Source: Eledone cirrhosa (taxonomy: Eukaryota). From it: DNA of 64,000 bases. This document shows positions 45,293 through 60,375 of this stretch, in pieces (within the stretch, counting starts at the first letter, position 1; every line of letters starts with the position of its first letter). A model generated the notes under the pieces. The model was not told the origin of the DNA. It was given only the letters and a program-made list of their open reading frames with translations, and made no database searches. The position numbers and the translations under genes were made by a program. The stretch lies in the NCBI GenBank assembly GCA_964016885.1, contig OZ024749.1, positions 48,732,001 to 48,796,000 on the forward strand. Direction: 5' to 3'.

Positions 45293-45458
45293 AAGTGTTT
45301 CTACATTTGGCACAAGGACACCAATTATCCCAGGATATTACTGGTGCTTTATTTTATTGACCCCGTAAAGGTTAAAGGCAACTTTAACCTTGGACTCAGA
45401 CCATAAATGGCCGTAACTCATGCTCAAAGCATGGCGTCAGTCCTTCTACTGCCAACCC
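45293..45458 (-). mobile_element. SINE copy with internal deletions
   Basis: TTTCTAC..GGCACAAGG..TACTGGTGCTTTATTTTATTGACCCCGTAAAGG..GCATGGCGTC. Confidence 0.8.
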
Positions 45459-45659
45459 AATAATAATAACAGGCGATCGACAGGATTTCAGATCTCATTC
45501 GCTTAATGAGTTGGACCGAGGAAACACTGTTTCCAATATGTCTTTCCATTTACTAATACTATCTACCGGTGTCGCAAATTCAGACAGAAGAAGGAACAAC
45601 GTAAATTAAAGTTTCTTGTTCAAACACATAATGCACGCATTATATATATATATATATAT

Positions 45660-45891
<232 letters not shown>

Positions 45892-46441
45892 ATAGTCAGG
45901 TAAAGTATGTTAGAATAAAAGTTGAACAATATTAACTGATTGAAATATCAGTTTGATCATTATGATCAATGATTCCGTCATTTGCTATGAGTGACATCTC
46001 TTATCACGACAACTTGTATCTCGCAAGTATTTCCTTATCTCTGTTATAAATTACGACGATGTTTTTGTTCATTATAAAGACAAAATATTTTGGAATCTAA
46101 TTTTACTTAATTTTTTTCTCTCCCATGCAATATATTCATGTAACTTGCACAAATAAAAAGAAAGTGAACGAAAGAAAAACAGCAAAATCCACAACAATAA
46201 TAGACTTCATAGTCATATGTTATACATCGCTACACACACACACAACTATATATATATATATATAAACACTTCGTTTTCGCATTTATTTGTAAATTATGTT
46301 TTAATTCTTAGCTTTTAAAAAGCTGTCTCATATTCGACAAACCACATATAAACATGTCAATGTTAAACCATTAATACTGCACCACTCTTTTTCCCTGTGT
46401 CTCGCTTTCTATCATAGATATATTTTCACACACACACGCAC

Positions 46442-46480
<39 letters not shown>

Positions 46481-47493
46481 CGCGTGTGTGTATGTATATA
46501 TATATGTAAGCTCCGAATACATTCTGTTAGTGAAGCATGAATATATATTATCAGTATCGTGTCATTACGTGTCGCTTGATAGAGGAATCTACGTTAAAAA
46601 AATATTACAATATCGATATTATAATTTTCCTCATCACACTCTGCTTGCAGGCATATTATCAATATACCGATAGGATAGCTTTCAGAAATATAGAAGTACG
46701 CTTATAATGTGTATTGAAATCACTGTATGGTGAAGGTAGAAGATAAAAGTCTGGCGAACAAACTTAGAAGTACGATTTCCATACCCGACAGGAGGTTGCT
46801 TCTCGTTACTTATATTACGATGTGTGTCAGAAGCAAAGATACCTAAAATTCCCGACTCTCTCTCTCTCTATATATATATATATATCTTTTGAGCTCACAT
46901 CTCTCTGATACATATATAAAGTGTGCTTTTGTATGACGTATATATAACAAATGATATAGTAAATATACAATTGTGGTCTAATTTTATCGTAGTTCAGGAC
47001 AATTATTTGTACGGAAGTGTAGTCACATTGAAGGTGATATTAACAAATGGAAGTTGACTATATGTACCTTTCAATAGATAAAATATTATACAGGAGACCA
47101 TTTTTTATTTGCGATGAATGGATGCTATCTTCATATGTATTTTCTTATCCGACGCAAGAGTATTCTGTACAGTATGAGTGTGTCGTTTTCATATATATAT
47201 ATATATATATTTATTTATATATATATATAATGCCTTTTTACTCGTTGTTTGTTGTGAGTGTTGGGTGCCTTGCTTTTGGAATATCATATTTGTATGATCA
47301 ATGTATTTTTTTGCAGTGGTGAAGTTAATCAGTTCACCTTTGCTATGAGAAATTGTCATATTGGATTATTTAGTAGCTTGTTCCAGGGTTTATATGATTG
47401 CGAATTGATTTTGTTGATGCCGTTTTAACATAAATTCATACCTTATATAATTTATTTCCAAGATATTAATAAGTTATTATTATTATCAGATTT

Positions 47494-47679
47494 GGGGTGG
47501 TGGATTGGCAGTATCGGTAGGGGTTCGGACGCCATGCTTTCCAGCATAGTTACGTCCCTTTACGATCTGAGTTCAAATCCCGCCGAGGTTGACTTTGCCT
47601 TTCATCCTTACGGGGTCGATAAAATAAAGTACCAGTAATGCACTGCGTAATTGCTGGCCTTGTGCCTAAAGTAGAAACA
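47494..47679 (+). mobile_element. Full-length tRNA-derived SINE with 15 bp TSD
   Basis: TSD ATTATTATCAGATTT at 47479-47493 and 47680-47694. Confidence 0.93.
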
Positions 47680-48479
47680 ATTATTATCAGATTTATTATA
47701 GTTGATTGATATATTAATGTGTGTAAAATAAGTTTAAAATCACAAAATAAGTTTCAAAGATCCTTTTTTTGTTTGTCTCAAATATATATCATTTTGTTTT
47801 CCATATTATGTAATTGTATAGCTGTCATGCGTGTCCGTACAATATTTTGAGGAATGCATTTATTTTTTAAATGGATATATGTAGGCTTTCATAATAGACA
47901 GATAGCATTGATTGTCAATAATTAACGTGGGAACTAGGTCTTGAAGGTTGACTAAGAAAATAAAGAAGATGTTCAGTGTTGATTGAGAACTGCTTTCAAT
48001 AAATTTACTATATCCAAATGACCAATATAATGTATTACTATATGACTTCCTCATTTGGGAGTTAAGTGTAGTGAATACATACATAACGTTGAGAGATTAA
48101 ATACATTGGTCATACTTTGTATTATGCTTATACATTTCTACGACAGATCTTACATGATTTCAGCCCCTTTACGAAAACTCTCAGAAATAGAAGGTCAGAA
48201 AGGTACATATATTTCTACTGATTGTAGTGAAAGTCCCATCAAATGGCATTGGCATGATACATATTATTGATATATTCAAATGCTGATATATCCTTCAAGC
48301 AATACTTCATAACAAGTTCTTGTATTATGACATTGTTAGTATAGAAAACATAACATTAAATCCTTTTATATCGATTTAAACATATATATATATATATATA
48401 TATATACGCGCAAACACTCACACATATACAACACAGACACACATACACACACACATGCACACACACACACACACACACA

Positions 48480-48516
<37 letters not shown>

Positions 48517-49714
48517 GAAACAATATCTCAAGATGATCATCTCTTGTTCGAAAGGAATGACAAAAGAATAGGCATGGATTAATGTTTTATTAGCTATTAC
48601 ATCCCTACTTCTATTGCAGTAGAATACAGAGTAAATTAAATAAATCTGCAGCCTTCCATATAAACTATTGTTAAACAAGTAATTTAGTAACAATGTACCA
48701 AACAGCCAGAAATCAAATAAGTTTGATATAGAGAATAGAAATACACAAGTGAAGAAGAATATTGTTAATGCTGCCTGTATAGCTTGCAAACCTCATAGAC
48801 ACACCGCGAACACTTATTATTGAATTGGAAGAAAGTTGAGAATACTATTTCTTAATCATCTAATACATAATAAAGGAAAGTCATTTGTAGATTGAAGGAA
48901 TTCAATTCAAACATTCTTAGTTATTATGTTTCACTACTCAACATATAATTATGTGTTATTGTTAGACGGCCATTGACTCTTTTAATATTATATGATTTGT
49001 AATGGACATTTTTCAGTAGATAAAACGACCTTTTGTGATAATCGACTGCTTGAACAACCAGTTACAATCAGGCTTCGATAATATATTAAACTTGTTAAAT
49101 TTTATACAACTTCTACACTTTCAAAGAATTGATTTGTGTATAGTGTGGAAATATCTAAGAATAGAGAAATATGTGTAATTATATATATATAACTATATTT
49201 TTTGATTTTTATATTTTCAATATTGGATATAACATTTCACAAGAAACTACTCATGATTTAATTTGAAACATATATCTCAAGACCATATTAAAGAAATTTA
49301 CGACTTTTAGAAAGTAGTAGTTCTTTCCTAGAATTCAGCAGTGAAAACTGCTAAATATATGAGATATTATGTGTGATACAATCGTATGAGTTCAAATATA
49401 ATTCATTATGTGTTTGCGTGTTACTGAATACGGCACCTTATGATATATTTATTTGATATATGCTAATTACAAAAGTAGGATGACATTTATTTATTCCCAT
49501 ATCTATTGTAATGTCAGCATGTAGGTGTACGTTCAAGTCGTGTATATATTTTACGTTTTTTCCATGCAAGCGAATGCGTGTCTAGTTTTTAGATTTATTG
49601 ATATCTGGTAAATGACCACCTCAAAATACATTACTAGCATATCACTCCGACTACTTTGTAGAGTTTAATCCTCCCTCCTCACTCCCTTCGGATTTGAGTC
49701 TTCACATTTATTAT

Positions 49715-49770
<56 letters not shown>

Positions 49771-49771
<1 letters not shown>

Positions 49772-49853
49772 ACGAAGGAAATGTGGTAAGGAACCAGATG
49801 GACCATAACACACCAAAGTACTCAATACTTAGGGTAGTAGAGTGGGTAATAGG

Positions 49854-49858
<5 letters not shown>
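49771..49858 (-). mobile_element. (TA)n-embedded Penelope-like repeat, short copy
   Basis: Near-identical to 36246-36334; (TA)n on both sides. Confidence 0.65.
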
Positions 49859-49890
<32 letters not shown>

Positions 49891-50099
49891 CAGATCCCGA
49901 GTGAAAGAATGAAAGAGAGTGATTGAAAGATAAATACATAGATGGATAAATGAATAGATATGTACACTCAAGATATTTAAATTACGAGAAAGTTATGTTC
50001 AGCGAGGGTTTCAGCACCACGCACTATCTGAACAGATTCAACGAAAATATATAAAGAGAGGCAATAGGACGTCAATTTGTGAGATTAATTCAAAAGGTA

Positions 50100-50500
50100 A
50101 TTTCATTATTAGATTTCATATATACTTATTTCACAGATTTACTACCTTATAAACAACAATATATTGTTTACAAATCAAATATATCTTTTAAATTGCCAAT
50201 TCTGAAAGGGATATGAAATCCATTCAACTGAGATGAATACGATTGTCTTAGAATACATAGCAAATATGTAGTTGGAGTGAAAAATGAAAAGATGTGCTCT
50301 ACCAAGGAAATGATAGCTAATCATTTGGTTTATTTTTGCAAGGAATAGGTTTTCGTTCCACGTTGCCTTCACGCTATTCTTGAACAGTTGTAACAATAAA
50401 CATCAGCCAAGGAAAGAGAAATATGAGACGTTAAAAGAACTCTCTCTATGCATTTTGATCACTCTATAAAAGAGCACTGTTTACTACCAGGGTGTAAGCA
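50100..50500 (-). pseudogene. Decayed class-A GPCR relic (TM1-TM3)
   Basis: TLVVNSALL, RVIKMHRESSFN, ISLSLADV (TM2), then FLGRAHLFI..IVFISVEWISYPFQ (TM3-ICL2). Frameshifted. Confidence 0.35.
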
Positions 50501-50526
50501 CAGACACACGCACGAATACTTATATA

Positions 50527-50565
<39 letters not shown>

Positions 50566-51058
50566 GAGACTTCATGTACTTGGGAGTATGTTTGCTTACA
50601 CATATGAAGTGTCAAAAAGTAATGCCAGATAAAAGATTTAAAAAGAATTACTAAAGAATTGGAAATAGAAACGTTTGGGGTAAATAGTACAGACGAAGAA
50701 GAAAAATGCTGCATTTATATCTATTGGCGGGCTTCCTGGTAGTATTACATATGATTGTTCTCTGGCAGTGAATAAATATACTGATTTCAAGAAACAACAA
50801 AGTTATTGACACAGCTGACAGAGAAGAAATTTCTCACCATAAATGCGAAACTGAGTTGATGATGATAAAACCGATAGGCACTTAAACCATATTTCTACTA
50901 TTGTATTATTGTATTTTAGTTTTAGATATCTACAAACGCAGGACGCACTGACAACATGGCGAACATATATACATCGACAGGCATGTATATATATATATAT
51001 ATATATATATACAGACATACACACACACACACACACACACACATGCATATACACACAT

Positions 51059-51113
<55 letters not shown>

Positions 51114-52737
51114 TATATATATAGACATATACATATATATGCGTGTGTATGTGTGTGTTTGTGTAAGTATGTCGGTGTTTTTGTCAGTGTTCTAGGAACA
51201 ATGTAGACAATTTTAAATATATAAATGGAAAATGAAATGTGATGATAGTCTTGCCCGATATTTCAAGGTGTTACTTAACGATACGCTGTGTGAATCTGAA
51301 AAAGGCCAGATATTAAACTGCCAAAAATATCCTTCCATATAGGTTTTATAGTGGGCTGGAAAAGACAACATTTGACCTCAATGGGCTTTATCTGCACCTG
51401 TTCCATTTACCCAACCAAAACCTGTGTGTGTTAGTAAAGATGATATATGTATAATAATGTATTTGAAAGGTGTCTGGGAGGAAACCTGTTTTGCTCTTAT
51501 GGTTTAATTCAAAGGATATTTACATGTGTACCAATAATTTGATAAGTACATCTTTGCCTAATTCAGACTTATATTTCTTTTTTTGTTCGATAGACTTCTA
51601 AAAATATAAATTTCATTTGATTATATGGTATCATGTCTCTAAAGGACTAAAATCAGAGTTAAAAGATCTATGGTACAAAGTTGATTGTTTTTATTTTTTT
51701 GCTCAAGTTTTAATTATATTTGTAAATTTATGTAACTGGAAAACTATATTTTATGTTGTGCATTTTTGCTAGGTTAAACGTGTTTTATTTGCATGTTGTG
51801 TAGGGTCATGTGAGAAAAAGGTGATATATAGTGTAAGATAATTCTGATATAGGTAGTGTAAGCTAAAATAAATCTTGAAACGTCTCTGCCGAAATGTTTT
51901 CTATTGTTGAGGGTTCCAATTTATTTTTATTAAACCAGGGAATTCTGTTCTGTTTCCTCTTCTTTTATAGATTAGCCTTGTTTATAGATGTTGGATAGGC
52001 TTGTGAATATATATATATATACGTGTGTTTGAGTGTGCATATAGATAGATGTGTGGAATTGTGTACATGTGTGTGGGTGTCTCGGTGTATTTTCGTATAT
52101 ATGTTTTTCCACGTGCATACGTCCAGAGCTTTCTATGTGTACGTAAAATGTTCACTCTTTCCTTCACTTACAAATTATGACTGAGTGAATCTATTCTCGG
52201 ACGAAGAAATGGATCACTGCTATTTTTCTTAATTTATTATATATTTCTTTGTTTCGCTTTGTTATCATTTTTCAGCTATTGTTGTATCTGCATAAATAAT
52301 ATTAGAGTATAGGAATACAGCTTTTAACAGATTCGATTCTAAGACGTGATATATTTCTTCAGTTATTATTTATATTGATGATTTGACAAAATGTCCTAGA
52401 CTGCATGAATTAACATTCTTTGTTTTGGTTTGCTTCATCTGGGATTGAGATTGTAATCATTCATGCTGCTGCAGTGTTGTTCTATGTTAGCTACTTAAAT
52501 GACAGCTAGCTATGTATCATGTAGTATATGTTGTTTCAAATGAGAGAAAAACACAAATGTGTGGTTATTTTTCGTATGTGTGTTTCTCTCTTAGAAACGG
52601 TTACTAATATCATTTATAGATTTGGTTAAATATATTCGTGTGTTGCGAGAATTTATGTGCGTTCATGATCAGAAATATTTTTGCACACCTCAATTGTTAA
52701 TCACAATCTTTACATACAGAAACTCACATGCACACAC

Positions 52738-52819
<82 letters not shown>

Positions 52820-52849
52820 GTATGTATATACAGGGACTAAATCAAGCGG

Positions 52850-53001
<152 letters not shown>

Positions 53002-53429
53002 CTGTACATGCTTAAGCGTATGAGAGATAAAGAATGTGTGTGTGTATAAAGAGAGAGGTAAACAGAGAAGGGGAGGGAATGAGAGTCTGTGTGTAGTAAT
53101 ATAAATGATAATACTGATAATTATGCTGATATAATGTATTTGCTACAAGTGCAGTGGACCATAAGGACATTACAAATTTAAGTTAAAACATTAGGCTGAA
53201 GAGTGCACAGTCATTAGAGAAATCGTATGATGTATAAATAATATAAATGTTAGGTATACATATTATAAAATCGCATGTGTCTACTTGGTACAAAGAAGAA
53301 AATAGCTTAGTTTAAATGAATAATACCTCAGATATACAATCAGTTTGATCACCAAGGCTGAGTACACTTTCCCTTCTGACCGTGTTTGACAGACCACGTG
53401 CATTTACATTCCCCACTCTAATCGGTTGG

Positions 53430-54100
53430 AAGAAAAGAAAAAGGATGCTTGATGCTGCTGCTTCTGCACTCACTGTGTTATTTAGTGCTGTTTCATTTTC
53501 AGTGCTATTCAGTGCTGCTTCTATGACAACGGAGTCTTCTTCCAGCTACTGTTACACACAACTGTGTGTCATTTGGTAGTTCAATGATCTCAGGTATTAT
53601 TTTGCAATTCTTCCAGTTCTTCCGAAATGATATATTTAGTGCAATGAATATTTCGATTCCTTGGCTGCACATCTCCACAGGGACGACCAGTACATATTTC
53701 CCCGTATAAGCTCTGGGACAGTGAGTCTTCACTTCATTTTCTTATGAGAATCCTATTATTAACATCCCTTACTCCCTGCCTCAAGAAACAAATGTTCTCC
53801 TGTTCCATACCTCCTGTAAGACCCGTTCGTGTTCCAAGACAGATGGCCACCTATGGCTTTTATTTTGGAGGGGTATCCATTTATTAATTCTCATTAAGTT
53901 CTCTACCTTGTAAATAAAATTTTCCAGTATTGCTAACTGGAATTTCCTTCTGTGTCTCTGAAGCATAATTTACCCACTTTTCTGAGCTATTGTTTAGAGC
54001 AATTGATATGGCTACAGTTAAATATTTTCATTTGGTTCCCTTATATCTTCTAAGGATGTTTTGCTATCCATGATATGTTCCTTTAAACGATAAAGAATTA
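53430..54100 (-). mobile_element. Decayed L1/Tx1-like ORF1 (gag-like) relic
   Basis: IIPEIIELPNDTQLCVTVAGRRLRCHR resembles the IP..I.L..G..L.V.VEGR.P.C..C lead-in to an ORF1 zinc knuckle. The knuckle is truncated and boundaries are approximate. Confidence 0.5.
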
Positions 54101-54142
54101 CATTATCCATAGTTGTTGGATTATGCTGTTAAATTTGCATTA

Positions 54143-54680
54143 TTTGGCAGTATCGGTTGATTGGCATTATCAGTAGTGTCTGACGCCATGCTTTATAGCA
54201 AAGAGTTACGGCACTTTATCATCTGAGTTCAAATCCCTCCAATGTTAACTTTGCCTTTCATCCTTACGGGGTCGATAAATTAAAGCACCAGTAATATACT
54301 GGAATAATTTCTGACCTTGTGCTAAAAGTATAAACTTTATTTGGCAGCATCAGTAGAGGGTCAGACGCCATGCTTTCCAGCATAGTTACGTCCCTTTACG
54401 GTCTGAGTCCAAATCCCGTCGAGGTTAACTTTGCCTTTCATCCTTACCGGGTCGATTTAAATAAATTACCAGTAATGCCTTGGGTAATTGCTGGCCTTGT
54501 GCCAAAATTAGAAACAATTATTATCTCTATAGAATTGGCAGAATCATTAGAACATCGGATAGACATTTGTGTTATTCGTTTCTTCTTTTTACTCTCTCAG
54601 TTCACATCCTACTCAGGTCAACATTGACCTTCCTCCTTTCGGGGTCGAGAGAGAAAAATACCTGCAAAGTGCTGCTATCT
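54143..54680 (+). mobile_element. Head-to-tail array of three SINE copies
   Basis: Copies at about 54143-54337, 54338-54523 and 54530-54680, each with a GTTCA/GTCCA box and a CCTT..GGGTCGA core. Confidence 0.85.
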
Positions 54681-54720
54681 ATTCGGCCATTATGTCTCTT
54701 TCTTACAACTACTCTACTCC

Positions 54721-55221
54721 ATACCCTCTATAGAAGATATCTGCTATAATCAGGCCTAGCAAGCTGATGGTAACAGCCATTTTCTTTTAATTTCTCTAAG
54801 AATATGTGAATATGACAACAAATATTTCCTCAGAAATTACGTGACATGGGATATATTTGCGTGAACATTTATATTAATAAATAACTTCCTAATGCTTGTT
54901 GAATTGCAACGTGCCGTCATAAAAACATATATTTAGGATATTGCTGACACGATTACATTTTGTCTGGGGATATGATCTAATCGTTGCGGTTGGTATGACA
55001 TTGATAAGTGTTCCGATCACATATGATTATACCACAACATAATTCTAGTAGAATTGTATGCCTTTAATAAGATAACGATACATTCTCACGCTTTCGATCG
55101 GCTAAAACCTAATGATACTTCTTCGTTTCCCATTTGGTCTTCTTTTTATTCTACTTCTACTCCTTCTTCTCCACCAGTTTCGTCGTCTTTATCTACAGTA
55201 CCTATTACATAGTTTACCATA
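54721..55221 (+). pseudogene. Decayed class-A GPCR relic (TM1-TM2, TM4-TM5)
   Basis: IPSI-x12-GNSHFLLISLR..KYFLRNYVTWDIFA*TFIL in one frame. Shifted frame: LIVAVGMTLISVP and FPFGLLFILLLLLL..RRLY. Confidence 0.4.
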
Positions 55222-55600
55222 ATGTTGTTTCATTTATCTATTCTTTATAATTCACTGACTTAAAGATAAAATTAAAAAGTGAATTTTATGTTCTATATTG
55301 ATTTTCCATATCTTATATAAAATGCCAGTCGTGAATTTTATAGTGTGTGAAATAAATGTAGATTTCTTTGGTAAAGTAAAACATATAAGAAATCTAAAAC
55401 ATTGTTACTTTTTCAGCGAATAGAGGGAAGTATGATTTCTAATAAAAATAATATAAATAATTCTCCATGACATCATAAATCTTTAAAAGATGCAATCTCT
55501 GCATTTCAATTTAGTTTACGGCATTGGAAGACTGTTATTTTCTTAAGTATAAAGTTTATATATATATATATATGTGTGTGGGTGTGTAGGTGTGTGTATA

Positions 55601-55646
<46 letters not shown>

Positions 55647-55860
55647 CAGAATCGTTTGGTGCTCTTAAGTATACAAACCATTCAAAAAATAAAGCACCCA
55701 ATAAATTTTACAGAAACAAAATAATATGTATACTCGTACGGATTTTATATTTCAAATTGAAAGAATATGGTATTGGTGATACTTGGTAGTAAATAAACAA
55801 AATTCAACAAGATTAGTTAAAAGTATAATATAAATGTATGCATATATATATGCATATACT

Positions 55861-56023
<163 letters not shown>

Positions 56024-56254
56024 GTATATATATATATATATATATAAAAAATTGCGTTGTGATATATTAGTAAAAAGGAAAAGAAAATGCTGACAAATGT
56101 ATCCCAGTGAAAAATAGTTTAATTAGGAATAAGTATAAATTAGTAATAAGTATTAGTTAGTATTGAGTTTTAGTTTTAAGTTGTTACCAGTTGCGCACTT
56201 CTTATCCTTTTCAAAAATAATTTTGAGATAGAGTGCTCGTGATTTTTGCTATAA

Positions 56255-56367
<113 letters not shown>

Positions 56368-57539
56368 ACGTGCGGAATTATGGGTATATGTGTGAGTGTG
56401 GTTTAAAAATTAACACTATATGCCAAAAGTAATAAATAACGTATCATCAATTAAACTGTTTATTTACCAGTTTTCACCTAATAACCGTCATATCACGGTA
56501 AACAAATTTCTTTTATCTCTTACAGTTATTTTACTAAGACATTAACTTGCTCTATCATGGAAATATTGTTTTTTTCTCTAATGTTTACCCAATTGACCGT
56601 ATGAATTCTCTTAGTCTGACAACTTCGCCATTCTTCTTCTTTGAACGTTCAATCGACTGACAGGAAGGTATACGGTGCTGATTACAGCTAATAAGCTAGA
56701 AACTAGTTCATCGTTCCTTTGTCAGTGTTTTACAAAAGTGCAACGATAGTTGCTGATCACTGTACGGCTTAATTCAGGCCGTTTCTTTACAAACAAACCG
56801 AACATTATAATAAATGTTCGTTAAACCCATACGTACATATATATATATATATATGTGTGCATGTATGTATGTATATACATACTACTGTACGCCTGTATAC
56901 GTATATGTATGTACGTATACATACTTATATATATATATATAGCTTATGTTAATTTTAACCCTTCTGTTGAGGACTCTATTCGATTGGTGATGTGTTTGCA
57001 TTCTTGCAAAAATATACACAACTGAATTTCATTCGCTTGATATAGGGGTTGCCTCCCTTGCCGATCCCCACGAGGGGTCAGCAATAGTCAGTCCTTGTAT
57101 TAACATTGAACTAAAACCTGTTGAGAAAGTAGCTTCCTTGTTCAATCATCTTACCAGAACCCTAACATTATTTATGTAAGCGGACGGTACTTGATTTGGG
57201 AGCCGCAGAAACCCATATACTGGATTTTACCAACCTTCCAGGGGTCCGGGTAAATTTTCAATACCCGAATTACTTTATCGTTTTTTTGGCTATGCGAATA
57301 ATTGTTTAACCCTCGTCTCAGTGTGATTGGCCTTTAACGCTTGTTATGGCTCTGGTTTATCTGAATCATTGAGCACTTGCCGCACATCTCGGAGGTTGTT
57401 TTTCGTTATTTCTTGGGCCGAAATGCGAATCTCGATAATTTATTTATTTATACAAGGTATATGTTTATTCTTCATACATGATTTAATAGATATATACAGA
57501 AAAAAGCATGTATTTGTGTATTTGTAAGTGAAATTATTT

Positions 57540-57930
57540 TACGGGTTTTCTGTTAGGATATAATATACAACTAATTTATTATATAAATTATGTAATGGTT
57601 TTCTATTCAATTTGGCAATTTGGGTCGCTATGTTATCCTCCTCTCTAAAATAGGATAGACATAGCAAATAATGTGTCGAAATGAATATTCAATGCTAAGT
57701 TGCCATATAACTATTAACTACAAAGGGCAGTTTTTACTAAAGTCCTTGTCAGCAATACCTAACTTCAAGTTTTGACAGTGTGGTATCATATATGGTATAC
57801 CTCGATCTGTTAAATATAACGGGTAGATATCCATCTCCCTAAGGAGAAATGTGAAGACCTTATTGGTAATGGAGTTCTTGTGTAAAAAAATAGATAATGG
57901 GATGATTATTCTTGGAACGCTTTTGATCAT
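57540..57930 (-). pseudogene. Decayed class-A GPCR relic (TM1-TM3)
   Basis: One frame: VPRIIIPLSIF..N..FTFLLREM..LYLT..GIPYMI..C ... NC ... ILERRIT*RP, with ER at 57640-57645. Confidence 0.35.
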
Positions 57931-58869
57931 ATGTCTGGTCGATGAAGCTACGAATTAGTTGATTAGAGATAGAGCCAGGAGTTCTAAAGCAAATATCTTT
58001 GCATCCGGTATTCATGGATTCCAATGAAGTAGGTTTATAAATAGCATTGCCAAATTACGCCTCTGTAACTGCCTTGCACTTATTATACCTATACAAAAAT
58101 AACGCAAGAAGAGGAACAACTCTCAAACAACCTATATATCGGAATGTAAATTTCTGACCAGAAATGAATCTCTGGAATTTGACGAGATGATTTGCTGTTT
58201 ACAATGTGAACCTGAATTAACCAGGTAATATGTTCAATGCTGGGTATATTTGCTATTCGAGTAATGAAGATTTTGTAGTTTGACAGTTTTACTGTTATTC
58301 AGTATTTGCGTTAAAATTACCGTTATCATAATTCTTTTTAAACATGTTGTTGAGTATATCCATTCACCGAATGCAATATTGCCTACATACAAACCCACTT
58401 CCATGTGTTTTAAACTTTCCTCTATTTATACATGAAGAGATTATTTTCCTGGTAATAAAGTAAAATAAAAATACAGCAATCTAAAATTAGTTGTAATGTA
58501 TCTGTGCCCTGTACACAATAATCCCATGTACGTCAATACTTTTTTATTTTTTTCATTTCTTACAGGGTTTTCAACTCCACTACCAGGCTAAAATGCATTT
58601 AGTCGACAAAATACGGCTAAAGCTTCTATTTCTAATTTTATTATTATTTTTTATAATTTGGGGAGAGGAGACATTCGATTAAGTCAACCCTAGAACTTGA
58701 ATTGTAATATATATTATCGCCCCTGAAAGATAAACGAGAAGTTTTACAAGGATGTCCTTTGTATTCAGCATATACAAAGGAAAACCAAACCGATTTAGTA
58801 AGCAAATACGAAATGTTACTTAAAAGCGGTGTAATCTATCAAGGCAGTTTTATATTTTAATCAAAAGAA

Positions 58870-59790
58870 TCATATTATAAGGAGGTAACATACATAAGCA
58901 CTTTAGTGTAACATTGTGAAAGTATTTTATGTTTAACGAATGTTTGTTTGCTTAGTGTCCCTTTGTTCGTACCGGCTTGTAGATTATTATTACACGTTGT
59001 TTGTGAATCTTTTATAAACGATAAATCTATAGAGGTGCCTGAGTAATGACGGAATAACGTGATATCCGAACAAAACAAGGTATGTTATGCATCGTTATCA
59101 TGTAAGGAATTATGTAGCTTTTAGCTCTTCATATGTTTATATAAAACATAATCGGCTTAATAGAAGTTTATGAGAGCACAATACAATTCCTTGAATATAT
59201 ATTTACACAGTGGTCCTTCTCAAATGTTCAAAGTACATCCATCATTATAATATAAGATAGGCTTACCCATATACCTCTCATATAATATCTATTTTGACGT
59301 ATCATTTTATGAATCCATGTGTTATAGAACGATTACCGTGTACATTTGAATAGAAGATGCTTACTGGAGATGGCTGTGGCCAAGGTAAATATGAAGATAA
59401 TGATAAACAGTCTCCATAAACAGCTTTCGATGTTTTATTACTTTTGCAGTCGTTAAAATAACAAAGATACCAGACTGTTCGATACACGTTTCCATCTGAG
59501 GAAAATATTGCTGTGGTTGCAACGTCTTCAAACATTGAAATACACATTAATGTGATTGCGTATAATTATTTACTTACAGCGAAAGCCCATGGAAATGATA
59601 TCAATTACATGAGGGTTAGGTTACACTTGAATAGTTGTGACATTTTCAAATACATATTTGACATTCCGAAACATATCAGGAAATATTTTAAAATAAAACA
59701 ATTTTACGTTTTACAAATTTACCATTTCATACAAATAAATGTAGAGCGATTTTAACATTTATAATATATTCGAATATATTTGTATGAAAA
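58870..59790 (-). pseudogene. Decayed class-A GPCR relic
   Basis: YSNIL..LYIYLYEM (TM1), CK, CISMF..ATTAIF..YRTVW (TM3), KTSKAVYGDCLSLSSYLPWP..IFY (TM4 WP), ERYMGKPILYYN (ECL2-TM5), RAK..MITM..CFV (TM6). Confidence 0.35.
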
Positions 59791-60024
59791 CAAGTATTCA
59801 TTTGTATCATTTTCATACGTCTACGTTATCATTAATAACGATATTGTTTTTTTATCATTGTGTAACTTCACATTTAAATATACTATATTAATGGCCATTA
59901 TTATTTTTTAGATGATAGGGAACAATCGAAATAACAATGTAAACAGAAATGACAATGCAAAACACACACTACAATGGAGAAATATATATATATATATATA
60001 TGGAGGAGGTTATAGTTCACTTGA

Positions 60025-60089
<65 letters not shown>

Positions 60090-60129
60090 TGATAGTCGCA
60101 TGTATGTCGATAGAATGTTTTCCAGTATC

Positions 60130-60375
60130 TTACGCGTTATGATTTTAAATTCCACGTGGAAGTCACCTTCAGTTTTCACCTTTCAAGATAAAGAAACATG
60201 GTAACAATCCAGTACTGGAATCGGATCTTACTCCATATATATTGTTGCTTTTGTTTTCTACCAGCGTCATTATATAAAATGTATCGACTATCTTTAGATA
60301 TGGCGAGGGTTGTGTTTCGCCAGATGTATATGCACAAAACACACATAATAGCAGGACAGTGCTGCGACGATTTCA
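60130..60375 (-). pseudogene. Possible GPCR relic (TM6-TM7)
   Basis: NRRSTVLLLCVFCAYTSGETQP (TM6-like) ... DSSTGLLPCFFILKGEN*R (TM7/helix 8-like). Confidence 0.28.

Noticed and set aside
53190-53235. CTGAAGA...GAAA hammerhead-like words
   Set aside because: No stem II, and no valid NUH triplet with stem I.
57990-58230. Faint resemblance to a Helitron Pif1 helicase (ASGI..ECKFL)
   Set aside because: No Walker A motif and the similarity is too weak to support.
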